Below are positions 15,747 to 23,240 of a stretch of DNA of 39,522 bases, piece by piece. Made by a program: the position numbers and the translations under genes. Below the pieces are notes generated by a model that made no database searches, was not told the origin of the DNA, and was given only the letters and a program-made list of their open reading frames with translations. Numbering within the stretch: position 1 is the stretch's first letter; each line of letters begins with the position of its first letter. The stretch is from the IMG/VR virus record IMGVR_UViG_3300028675_000001, positions 1 to 39,522 of that record. One strand, given 5' to 3'. The stretch is from a virus.

Positions 15747-16010
15747 ATTTATTTGTTTACTTATTTATCAAAGAATAAAATTAAGTAGAGAGTAAAAGAA
15801 AGCCTCAAATGTTTAGTTTTCAAGTAAGTTTATAAAGAATAAAATTAATAACAGAATAAATCCTGTATTGTTGAGCAAATTTATTTGTTTATCATATTAA
15901 TTGAGAATTATTTGTTTAGATTTTTAGTTTGTAAATTAATTTATTTGTTGATTATCTTACTAATGAATAAATTTTTATTTGTTTGGTTTGTTTATTAAAA
16001 AGTTTGTTTA
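15747..16010 (+). repeat. Iteron-like array (ATTTATTTGTTT and variants) in an AT-rich spacer. Candidate replication origin.
   Basis: Same-orientation copies lie at 15747-15758, 15879-15890, 15907-15917, 15939-15950 and 15974-15984. Half-sites GTTTGTTTA lie at about 15986 and 16002. AAAGAATAAAATTAA occurs twice (about 15770 and 15834). A T11 run lies at about 15551. Confidence 0.5.
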
Positions 16011-16030
16011 GCAGAAAAATAAAAAATCAG

Positions 16031-16108
16031 GCAGACCAAACGACGAGGGGACACACCGAATACAAAAAGCCCCAGAGGGGGTCGGGGTTCCTCGTATGTC
16101 GTTTATGC
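16031..16108. other. GC-rich imperfect long hairpin island in the AT-rich spacer
   Basis: AAACGAC (16038-44) pairs with GTCGTTT (16098-16104). GAGG (16045-48) pairs with CCTC (16090-93). An inner CCCC-aga-GGGG hairpin sits at 16070-80. It is followed by G6-T-G4-TAT-G4. Confidence 0.3.
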
Positions 16109-16186
16109 AGGGGGGTGGGGTATGGGGTATAGGTTTATTATTTTATTTATTGTTTAATTTAAGGATTGGTTTATAATTTTATTGAT

Positions 16187-16452
16187 ATGTTACCGAAGCG
16201 TAGGGTATATAGTGATGATTTTCAGACGCCTGATTGGGTGGTAGATTATTTAGTGCCTTATTTAAGGAGGGGGTGGGTAATTTGGGAGTGTGCGATGGGT
16301 AAGGGTAATTTAGTAAGGGGGTTGAGGTGATTGTATTACCGAGGAGGGTGAATTTTGAGGTGCCGAGTGGTAGGAGGGGTTCTGGGAGTTGGTTTCCAGT
16401 TGGTTGGTTTACGAATTGGTTAGGGATTGGAAGGCAATTGATATTTATTTAA
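16187..16452 (+). pseudogene. Remnant of a gamma-class (TaqI-like) N6-adenine DNA methyltransferase, truncated and frameshifted
   Basis: 16187-16330 encodes MLPKRRVYSDDFQTPDWVVDYLVPYLRRGWVIWECAMGKGNLVRGLR-stop. That matches motif X/I, xxTPxxVVDxMV...(V)LEPxCGxGxF. No NPPY-type catalytic motif follows. A shifted frame continues to 16452. Confidence 0.5.
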
Positions 16453-16464
16453 AGGGGGTATGAT

Positions 16465-16680
16465 ATGGGTCGCAGAAGTGGGAAGAATGATAGTAAGGTA
16501 GTTGTTGATGAATTTATTGATATGATGTTAGATGATATTAGGAATGAGCTTCGGGAGATATTGAGTGAATTAGAGATTTATCAGAGGACTTGGGTGGTGC
16601 CTTGGTTTGTGCAGAAGTTACTTAGTGATTTACATATTAGATTGAGTTTATTGTTGGATAAGTTGGGAAGGAGTATGTAG
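16465..16680 (+). CDS. Hypothetical protein
   Basis: 71-aa ORF with an AAGGGGG SD-like site upstream. Its 3' end overlaps the convergent gene by 33 nt. Confidence 0.4.
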   Translation: MGRRSGKNDSKVVVDEFIDMMLDDIRNELREILSELEIYQRTWVVPWFVQKLLSDLHIRLSLLLDKLGRSM

Positions 16681-17085
16681 ATTTATGGAATGAATTTCGT
16701 GTTTGATTGTTTCAAGGTCGAGTTTATGTAGGATGAAGAGGAGAAGGTCTTTTGGTTTAATTTGATAAGTTTCTTGGATGTATTGAAGGATTTCAAGTGC
16801 GATTTTAGTATCTTCGTTGATTGGTTTAAGTTTAGATTGTCCAAGTGTTTGGAGTGATTGTGTGCGTTCGATTAGGTTAACGAGTTTTTCTTTGAAGGTA
16901 ATGATTTGGTTGAGGTTTTGGAGGGCGAGGTTGAGTTCGGCGTCATCGTAGGCAAGTTCTTTTGCTCGGATTGCGAAGATATGTTCGAGTTCTTGGCAGG
17001 CTTTAAGTAAGGCGATTAGAATTTTAGGATCAAGAAGTTCAGGATTAATTTGGTCAATGGTAAGTTGATTTTTTTGTTTAGACAT
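16648..17085 (-). CDS. Hypothetical protein, co-transcribed with the putative portal
   Basis: 145-aa ORF that starts 2 nt after the upstream stop. Confidence 0.55.
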   Translation of the reverse strand: MSKQKNQLTIDQINPELLDPKILIALLKACQELEHIFAIRAKELAYDDAELNLALQNLNQIITFKEKLVNLIERTQSLQTLGQSKLKPINEDTKIALEILQYIQETYQIKPKDLLLFILHKLDLETIKHEIHSINLHTPSQLIQQ

Positions 17086-17087
17086 GA

Positions 17088-18788
17088 TTATTTTTCCTCA
17101 TTATTTTTCTCAGGGATGGGCACGCCAGTTAGTTCGGAAATAAGTTTAGGTAAGTCAACATCTTCCATGGATGGATGTTTAGAGAATTTAGAAAGCAAAG
17201 TAAGGAGTTCAGTTAATTTTTGTTGATGTTGGAGTTCAGTTGATTGTGAGGCTTGAATGAGTTGAGCAAGTTTATTTACTTCTATAATATCAGGTGGCAG
17301 GTCAAGGTTATAAAGGATTTCGTGGATGAGTTTCTCAATGTTAAGAATAGGTAGGAGATTAAGTTGACCAAAGAGTTCGAGGAGGGACATAATTTTTTCG
17401 AGGCGTTCATTTTTTTGGACGACGGAAGTAAAACCACGAATTTTGAATTTAATTTGTGATAAGACATCATCAGGAGTGATGGTTGCGAGTAAGTTTAATT
17501 CTTCGGGTAGAAGAAGTTGCTGAAGGTTCGGTGCTTCGTATTTAAGGATGTAATAAAGGAGTTTGGTTAGAAGTTGAGAGATGAAGACGGTTTCTAAGCG
17601 TTCAATGAAAATGGCGAGGGTCATTTGAGTTTGTTGAGTTTTAAGGGAAACTTCTTTAGCAGTGACACGAGAGCGAGAGGATGGAAGACCCATAATAAAT
17701 TCAGTGATTGCGGAAACATTTGTAGCTTCGTTCTGAATGAGGTTGCGGATTGGTAAAGCATTAGGATCAAAATTGGCAAGTTTAATTGGTCGAATTGCTT
17801 GTATTTCGCCACCACCTCTTGTGTAAAAAATCTTCCATGGTTTTAATTCATCAGATAGACTATCTTCTTCAATAACGGTTGTATCAATTTCAAAACCAAG
17901 TGTTAAATTAACTAATGCACTGTCTAATATAGCACGGGTTAAGATAGTATCTTGAATATAATATGGATAAATAAGGTCAGCATAAGAAATTTGAGTGTTA
18001 ATACCATAAAGAAATTCAACGACAAATGGAGTGATTTTATCGTGCATTATTTCGGCATTGATGATTTTAGTTTTATTTAAAATAGTGTAAAGATGGGGCG
18101 TTATAATATCATTAGGTAAGAAAACAATACCATAAAATTTATCAATACGAACAACTTTATCATCATAAACTTTTTGTAAATATGTAAGAACTGAATATTC
18201 TGGATCATCTTGTGGAGCTATATATGGTTTAATTTGGTCGTAAGATAAGTTATATCTTCGAATAGCTTCTGGAATGGGCAAGTATTCTGTGATGCAGACA
18301 TAATTTAAATCGGGGGTGAGTTTGGAATGAAGTGGATTAATTACTTGTAAATCTAAGCGTTTGAGATCTTCGTTATATGTGATGTAAATAAATCCATATC
18401 CAGATAGAAGGCTATAGAAAAGGACTTTTGAAAGAGCATCTTTAACATTGAGAGTTTTAATATAATGTTGGAGGATTTTTGTTAGGATAATTTGAAGTTG
18501 TTCGTTATCGGTATCAATAGTAAAGAGATTTTCAAAAGCTTTTTCAAGAAAAGAGCGAAGATAAAAGTAAGCAAAAAAGATTTTTTGATAGAACATTGAA
18601 GATAGAAACTTTGATTGCCAAGGGTAAGGTGGGTCTGGTATATTAGTTTCGCCGTTTAATTCTTGCATATATCGGATAATTGTTGTTAAGCGACGAGAGT
18701 AAGCACTTTCAACAGATAACAATTGACCTATTACATAACTTTCAATATCAGGAAAATTGTAAATTTGATTATTGATTGATAAAACCAT
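17088..18788 (-). CDS. Putative portal protein. Assigned by size and elimination, with no motif support.
   Basis: 566 aa with an acidic C-terminus. It is the only unassigned protein of portal size. It has an AGAGGG SD and its own promoter. Confidence 0.4.
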   Translation of the reverse strand: MVLSINNQIYNFPDIESYVIGQLLSVESAYSRRLTTIIRYMQELNGETNIPDPPYPWQSKFLSSMFYQKIFFAYFYLRSFLEKAFENLFTIDTDNEQLQIILTKILQHYIKTLNVKDALSKVLFYSLLSGYGFIYITYNEDLKRLDLQVINPLHSKLTPDLNYVCITEYLPIPEAIRRYNLSYDQIKPYIAPQDDPEYSVLTYLQKVYDDKVVRIDKFYGIVFLPNDIITPHLYTILNKTKIINAEIMHDKITPFVVEFLYGINTQISYADLIYPYYIQDTILTRAILDSALVNLTLGFEIDTTVIEEDSLSDELKPWKIFYTRGGGEIQAIRPIKLANFDPNALPIRNLIQNEATNVSAITEFIMGLPSSRSRVTAKEVSLKTQQTQMTLAIFIERLETVFISQLLTKLLYYILKYEAPNLQQLLLPEELNLLATITPDDVLSQIKFKIRGFTSVVQKNERLEKIMSLLELFGQLNLLPILNIEKLIHEILYNLDLPPDIIEVNKLAQLIQASQSTELQHQQKLTELLTLLSKFSKHPSMEDVDLPKLISELTGVPIPEKNNEEK

Positions 18789-18798
18789 TTATACCCTC

Positions 18799-18826
18799 TT
18801 GCCAAAAGTTATTAGTTTATTATAAT
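18799..18826 (+). promoter_or_regulatory. Rightward late-block promoter (TTGCCA, 16-nt spacer, TATAAT)
   Basis: The sequence reads ctcTTGCCAaaagttattagtttatTATAATacaaaacAAGAGGtttgcaagtATG. Confidence 0.55.
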
Positions 18827-18846
18827 ACAAAACAAGAGGTTTGCAA
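18819..18846 (-). promoter_or_regulatory. Leftward portal-module promoter (TTGCAA, 16-nt spacer, TATAAT), overlapping the rightward one
   Basis: The minus strand reads actTTGCAAacctcttgttttgtatTATAATaaac. The two -10 hexamers overlap at 18819-18826. Confidence 0.5.
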
Positions 18847-18848
18847 GT

Positions 18849-19418
18849 ATGTTATATACAACATATCGCAAGATTAAATTAATTGATGCAAAAGGAACAT
18901 GGGAAGAATTCGAAACTTGGAAAGATTTTGGAGAAACTTGGGATGATTATTTAATTTATGATCCATATTATCAATTTGCTTGGCTGAAAGTTCCTTTTAA
19001 GACGGCAAATGTTTTAAAATATGTAAATTGGATTGGTTATGAAGGGTTAAAGGGTTATTTAGGTGAATTGTTGCCTGAAAGTTTTTATAGACGATGGGGC
19101 TGGATAAAATGGGATGAGATTTTTAAAGAAAAAATTTTAATAAATACATCTGGGTTGATTATTTTTAATGTTAAAACTGGTGTTGGTTTAGGGGCTTATT
19201 TACGAATAAAAAATTTATTTGATTTAGTTGCAATTGGATTACAAGTTAGTTCTGTGGTTATATTTGAAAGTAGTTTTATGTGGCAAATTTTAAATGTAAT
19301 TGGTTGTCAAGCAAGTGATAAAATTAGTTTTGAATGTAAGGTGTTAGAGAGTTATAGATGGGAATTTTTTGAGACTTGGGGAGATTTTCCAAATGATATG
19401 TGGAGTCCTTTATGGTAA
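18849..19418 (+). CDS. Hypothetical virion/tail protein
   Basis: 189-aa Trp-rich ORF, first in the rightward structural block. Confidence 0.55.
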   Translation: MLYTTYRKIKLIDAKGTWEEFETWKDFGETWDDYLIYDPYYQFAWLKVPFKTANVLKYVNWIGYEGLKGYLGELLPESFYRRWGWIKWDEIFKEKILINTSGLIIFNVKTGVGLGAYLRIKNLFDLVAIGLQVSSVVIFESSFMWQILNVIGCQASDKISFECKVLESYRWEFFETWGDFPNDMWSPLW

Positions 19419-20545
19419 ATAATATTAATGGTAATTGTGTAGCAGTCAATATAAAGAAAGAAGAATTGTTATTTGAGACGCCGATTATTATAGATAAAAT
19501 TGATGTAATGGGTTATATTGTTGAACTTACTGATTATGTATCAAGTGATAAGTGTATGGGAATTTATGATAGGAATGGGCAAAAGGTTGTGTATATTGAT
19601 ATTGAAAGCAAGGAAATTTTTACACATGAAGGATATGTTGATGTAGTAGGATTGTTGGTATATAAAGATAATTTGTTTGTTGTGAAGAATAATGCAATTG
19701 ATAAGATTGTTCGTGAAGATAAAATAAGTAGAAGTTATTCAAATCGGAATTTTATTGGTGTTGCTTTATATAACCCACTTTCGGTTGTGTTGCTTGATTA
19801 TGTAGATGTTCCTACGGTTCAATTTTATAGTTTACAGGAGATACTTGATTTAAGTGATTTAATCCCGACTACATTTATAAGTGTTTATGTGCCTTCATTG
19901 TTTTATGAATATCATAATTTACTTGTTAAAGATGGTTTGATTTGGGTAAGAGGAACAAATGGTTTAGTTGGTTTAAGTTTACAAATGGTTGGTAATGTTG
20001 GAATAATTTTTAATATTGAAGTGTTTTACAATTCATTTAGAGAGGTATTTAAAGATAAGCAATTAGACAAATGGCATTTTAGGAAGTGTTATAATCATAA
20101 GATTTTTGTATTTAGTCATGAAGAGACTGGTAGGTTTATGTTTTTGGCTGATGATGATGTATATTTTGGAGATTTAGCAATATTTGTGGATAGGGAATGG
20201 TTTTTTGATGTGGTGAGCAAAACTTTTTATCGATATAGATTTACGGATGAGCCAGGGACTTATCAATATGATAAATGTTATATTAATTTATTGTTTGATT
20301 TTGATAGTTTGCAAAAGTTCAGAGGATTTTATTATGATGTGAAGAAATGTCGAACAAGTCAAATAGTGTTTAATGTGGTTGCAAATTATCGTGGAGATGA
20401 GCGGTCATTGGCGTTTAATTTACCTCTTGACGAACATAATTTTCGTTGTAATTTATATGGAGAGGAGTTTAGTTTGATATGGTATTTACCAATTGCAACA
20501 AAGATGAAAATTACTAAAATTAATTTTGAAGAGGTGAGCAAATGA
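19400..20545 (+). CDS. Hypothetical virion/tail protein
   Basis: 381-aa ORF that overlaps both neighbours (ATGA at its 3' end). Confidence 0.6.
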   Translation: MESFMVNNINGNCVAVNIKKEELLFETPIIIDKIDVMGYIVELTDYVSSDKCMGIYDRNGQKVVYIDIESKEIFTHEGYVDVVGLLVYKDNLFVVKNNAIDKIVREDKISRSYSNRNFIGVALYNPLSVVLLDYVDVPTVQFYSLQEILDLSDLIPTTFISVYVPSLFYEYHNLLVKDGLIWVRGTNGLVGLSLQMVGNVGIIFNIEVFYNSFREVFKDKQLDKWHFRKCYNHKIFVFSHEETGRFMFLADDDVYFGDLAIFVDREWFFDVVSKTFYRYRFTDEPGTYQYDKCYINLLFDFDSLQKFRGFYYDVKKCRTSQIVFNVVANYRGDERSLAFNLPLDEHNFRCNLYGEEFSLIWYLPIATKMKITKINFEEVSK

Positions 20546-20901
20546 GTGAAATTTATAGAAAGGGTGCTGATTTAATAGCTCAATCGTTTAATGGAACACA
20601 AATTGGTTTATTTGATGTAAATAAAAATGAGTTATCTAGTGGTGGATATAGTAGACAAAATTTCCCTGGATTTGTTTATGTGAATGATGATGCTAATTAT
20701 TTTTATTATGTGAATTCAGATACGATTTTATTTCCTGTGGCAACGGATAATTGGGTTGATGTATATTATATTGGGTTATTTTCTGATGGGCAACTTGCTT
20801 TATTAGTGCCTTTACCAAATCCAGCGACTATACGAGCGGGTCAACAGATGATATTTTTTGCTAGTATGATTGAAATTCGGATACCTAAACAGATAACTTA
20901 A
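20542..20901 (+). CDS. Hypothetical virion/tail protein
   Basis: 119-aa ORF with an ATGA overlap to the upstream gene. Confidence 0.55.
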   Translation: MSEIYRKGADLIAQSFNGTQIGLFDVNKNELSSGGYSRQNFPGFVYVNDDANYFYYVNSDTILFPVATDNWVDVYYIGLFSDGQLALLVPLPNPATIRAGQQMIFFASMIEIRIPKQIT

Positions 20902-20915
20902 TGGAGGGATAAATA

Positions 20916-22031
20916 ATGCCATATATTAAGAACCCGATAGTTTACCCGAGTGGTTTTGTAAGTGTTGATACAGCGAAAATTAATACGAATTTTTCTATTT
21001 TAGCGGATGCTTTTTACAATTCAGATCCAGAAAGTAATCCAATTAATAGAGCGTGTTATATAGGAACAACTGCACCTACTGATCCCAAAATAGGTCAACT
21101 TTGGCTTGATATTTCTGTCAATCCACCAGTTTTAAAAGTTTATGATGGAATAAATTGGCAATCAAAGGTAAGTTTAGCTGATAGTGCGATTAATGCAACT
21201 AATGCAACTAATGCTACTAATGCTACTAATGCTACTAATGCAACTAATGCTAACTATGCAAATAATGCAGACAAAATAGATGGATTTCATGCAAGCCAGA
21301 CGCCAGCTCCGAATACGATACCTGTTGCTGATTCTTCTGGGAAGTTAAATACTAATTGGCTTCCTACTACGCTGAACGCCGACACCGTCGACAACTTCCA
21401 CGCAAGCCAAACACCAGCTCCGAATGTGATAGTGCCTCTTAATGCGAGTGGGGTTTTAGATTTGAGTGCGACTTATGTGAAGAGTAATGTTTATACATTT
21501 CGCAGAGTAGATTTGACGAATGCGACGAGTGATTACATGTTGCAGGTTGGGGAAGAAGCTTATATAAGTTTTAGTAATACAACGAGTGTTCCGTTGAGGA
21601 TTGCGACGCAGAGTGGGACTTTGTATAACTTGTATATTCATCTCACAGCACCATCTTTTGCCCAAGGTAATGGTATTACAGGAAGTGTGTTTTTAAATCC
21701 TAATAATACGAGTTATACTAATGCTTTTTATAGAGCTGGGGCAATATGGGATAGTGCGGGAAATGGTATGTCTTATGGTGGTAATATATCGGCTTTTGAA
21801 TTAAGTGGGAACCTATTTCCTGCCAACTGTTTTGCTATTGTTTATAATGAAACGAACCATAAATCAACAACAGCTATTTCAATTCATGGGGGACTGAACA
21901 CAAGTAATTATGCGAGGTGGCAACATATGAACTGTGTTTGGAATGACTACACTACAAACTGGACTTCGCTTGGGACTATAATTTTTCCAACACAATCTTC
22001 AGGATATATTTTAGTTAGGAGGTTAGCATAA
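20916..22031 (+). CDS. Tail fibre protein with a (Asn-Ala-Thr)n repeat
   Basis: Contains the GQLWLD...LKVYDGINWQ module and a duplicated HASQTPAPN..P...SG.L motif typical of fibre shafts. A GGAGGG SD lies upstream. Confidence 0.7.
   Translation: MPYIKNPIVYPSGFVSVDTAKINTNFSILADAFYNSDPESNPINRACYIGTTAPTDPKIGQLWLDISVNPPVLKVYDGINWQSKVSLADSAINATNATNATNATNATNATNANYANNADKIDGFHASQTPAPNTIPVADSSGKLNTNWLPTTLNADTVDNFHASQTPAPNVIVPLNASGVLDLSATYVKSNVYTFRRVDLTNATSDYMLQVGEEAYISFSNTTSVPLRIATQSGTLYNLYIHLTAPSFAQGNGITGSVFLNPNNTSYTNAFYRAGAIWDSAGNGMSYGGNISAFELSGNLFPANCFAIVYNETNHKSTTAISIHGGLNTSNYARWQHMNCVWNDYTTNWTSLGTIIFPTQSSGYILVRRLA
21192..21272 (+). repeat. In-frame 9-bp tandem repeat AATGCWACT, six units plus three degenerate units
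   Basis: Read directly. It encodes NATNATNATNATNATNATNANYANNAD. Confidence 0.9.
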
Positions 22032-22465
22032 TGAAAGTATGGGCTTATATTCACCCAGAACTAAAAACTCTTTGTTGTGCTTTATTACCTGAAGCAGTTC
22101 CTGAAGGAGTCTCCGCTGTAGAACTTGAGGTAGAAACTCCAGATGATGTAGTGCTTGATGAAAGCGGGCAAATCAGGATAAAAACAGAAGCAGAGAAACT
22201 TGCAGAAGAGAAGCAAAGAAAGCTTACAGAGCTCAAGAATTATGTAGCATCTTTACTTGCTTTAACTGATTACATCATCACGAAGATAGCAGAAGCTCAG
22301 ATACAAGGGGACACTGAAGAAGTAGAAGCCCTTAAGCAAAAATACTCAGCCCAACTTCAGCAAAGGAAAGCAATTCGAACCTGGAATGAGCAGATGAAAC
22401 AAGCTATAAGGAATGCGATAAGTTTAGAAGAGTTGAGGGGGATAGTAATTGAGTTTAAGGGATAA
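22031..22465 (+). CDS. Possible tail-fibre assembly/chaperone protein
   Basis: It lies immediately downstream of the fibre gene (TAATG overlap). It has a helical C-terminal half and is visibly more GC-rich than its surroundings. Confidence 0.4.
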   Translation: MKVWAYIHPELKTLCCALLPEAVPEGVSAVELEVETPDDVVLDESGQIRIKTEAEKLAEEKQRKLTELKNYVASLLALTDYIITKIAEAQIQGDTEEVEALKQKYSAQLQQRKAIRTWNEQMKQAIRNAISLEELRGIVIEFKG

Positions 22466-22811
22466 GTTTTTGAAGATTTGGAATAGTAAGTGGAATCCGT
22501 TAGGGAATTATGATGACCCAATACCATCTGACTGGTGTTTTGAGAGGTATGGTAAGGTAGGGGCTTATTTATATTGGTATTTTGTAAGGAATCCGCTTCA
22601 TAATTTTGACCGTTATTGGATAGGGACAGGAAGTTATCCAGCAGAGTGGAGGGTTTGGCACAGTAAGAGGAATTGGAATTTGATATTGCCATTTTTCAGC
22701 TATAGAGGAAAGAAGTGGGAAATGTATATAGGATGGAGACCAAAGATGCTTGAAGATGGGAGCATGGTTCAGATGTTTGGAGTTGCATTGAGGAGGAGAA
22801 AAGATGCCTAA
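22449..22811 (+). CDS. Hypothetical Trp-rich protein
   Basis: 120-aa ORF packed in the operon. Confidence 0.55.
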   Translation: MSLRDKFLKIWNSKWNPLGNYDDPIPSDWCFERYGKVGAYLYWYFVRNPLHNFDRYWIGTGSYPAEWRVWHSKRNWNLILPFFSYRGKKWEMYIGWRPKMLEDGSMVQMFGVALRRRKDA

Positions 22812-22956
22812 ACAACTTGATGATTGTGTGAAAAAAGTAATGAGAAAAGGTTATACTAAATCTGAGGCATATGCAATATGAGCCAAATCAACTGGCTGGG
22901 TCAGGGGATCTGGCGGTAAATGGGTTAAAAAGAAAAAGAAGAGAGGAGAGAAATGA
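22804..22956 (+). CDS. Small basic protein with an in-frame TGA at codon 26: MPKQLDDCVKKVMRKGYTKSEAYAI-TGA-AKSTGWVRGSGGKWVKKKKKRGEK
   Basis: GGAGGAG sits 5 nt before the ATG. The start overlaps the upstream stop. The frame stays open after the TGA (22879-81) for 24 codons and ends in an ATGA overlap with the next gene. Confidence 0.45.
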
Positions 22957-23228
22957 CCCCAGAAACAATAGTTTACTTATTGATTGCTGGATGTATTGGT
23001 ATATTGTTTAAAATAGTCTGGGATTGGTTAGTTGGGTTGAAGAGACCTAATGGTATAAAAGAAGTTTGCAAACAGAGAATGGATGTGTTTGATGATGAAA
23101 TTTGCAGGTTGTATGAACGATTAGATAAGATCGAAGAAAAATTAGAAGCAACATTAGATAAAATTAACAAAAAGATAGATGAGAAGTTTGAGCTATTGAT
23201 TAAGATGTTAACTCAAGATCGGTCTTAG
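22953..23228 (+). CDS. Membrane protein (one N-terminal TM segment plus a coiled coil), lysis-associated candidate
   Basis: Hydrophobic segment IVYLLIAGCIGILFKIVWDWLVGL. A GAGGAG SD lies upstream. Confidence 0.45.
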   Translation: MTPETIVYLLIAGCIGILFKIVWDWLVGLKRPNGIKEVCKQRMDVFDDEICRLYERLDKIEEKLEATLDKINKKIDEKFELLIKMLTQDRS

Positions 23229-23240
23229 GGAGGTGATTTC

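Noticed and set aside
15596-15778. A 60-aa ORF in the AT-rich spacer.
   Set aside because: It has Lys/Ile/Leu/Asn-only composition and no SD. It overlaps the repeat and iteron region and is most likely a chance ORF in AT-rich non-coding DNA.
16031-16108. A possible tRNA or tRNA-like gene (about 77 nt, GC-rich, with GGTTC-like sequence).
   Set aside because: It folds as one long imperfect hairpin and not as a cloverleaf. There is no T-loop consensus (TTCRANY) and no 7-bp acceptor stem with D and anticodon arms on either strand.
22879-22881. Genome-wide stop-codon reassignment (TGA read as Trp or Gly) as the explanation for the in-frame TGA.
   Set aside because: TGA clearly terminates other genes in ATGA overlaps (for example at 20543-20545, 35521-35523 and 22954-22956). 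I saw no other gene that needs TGA readthrough.
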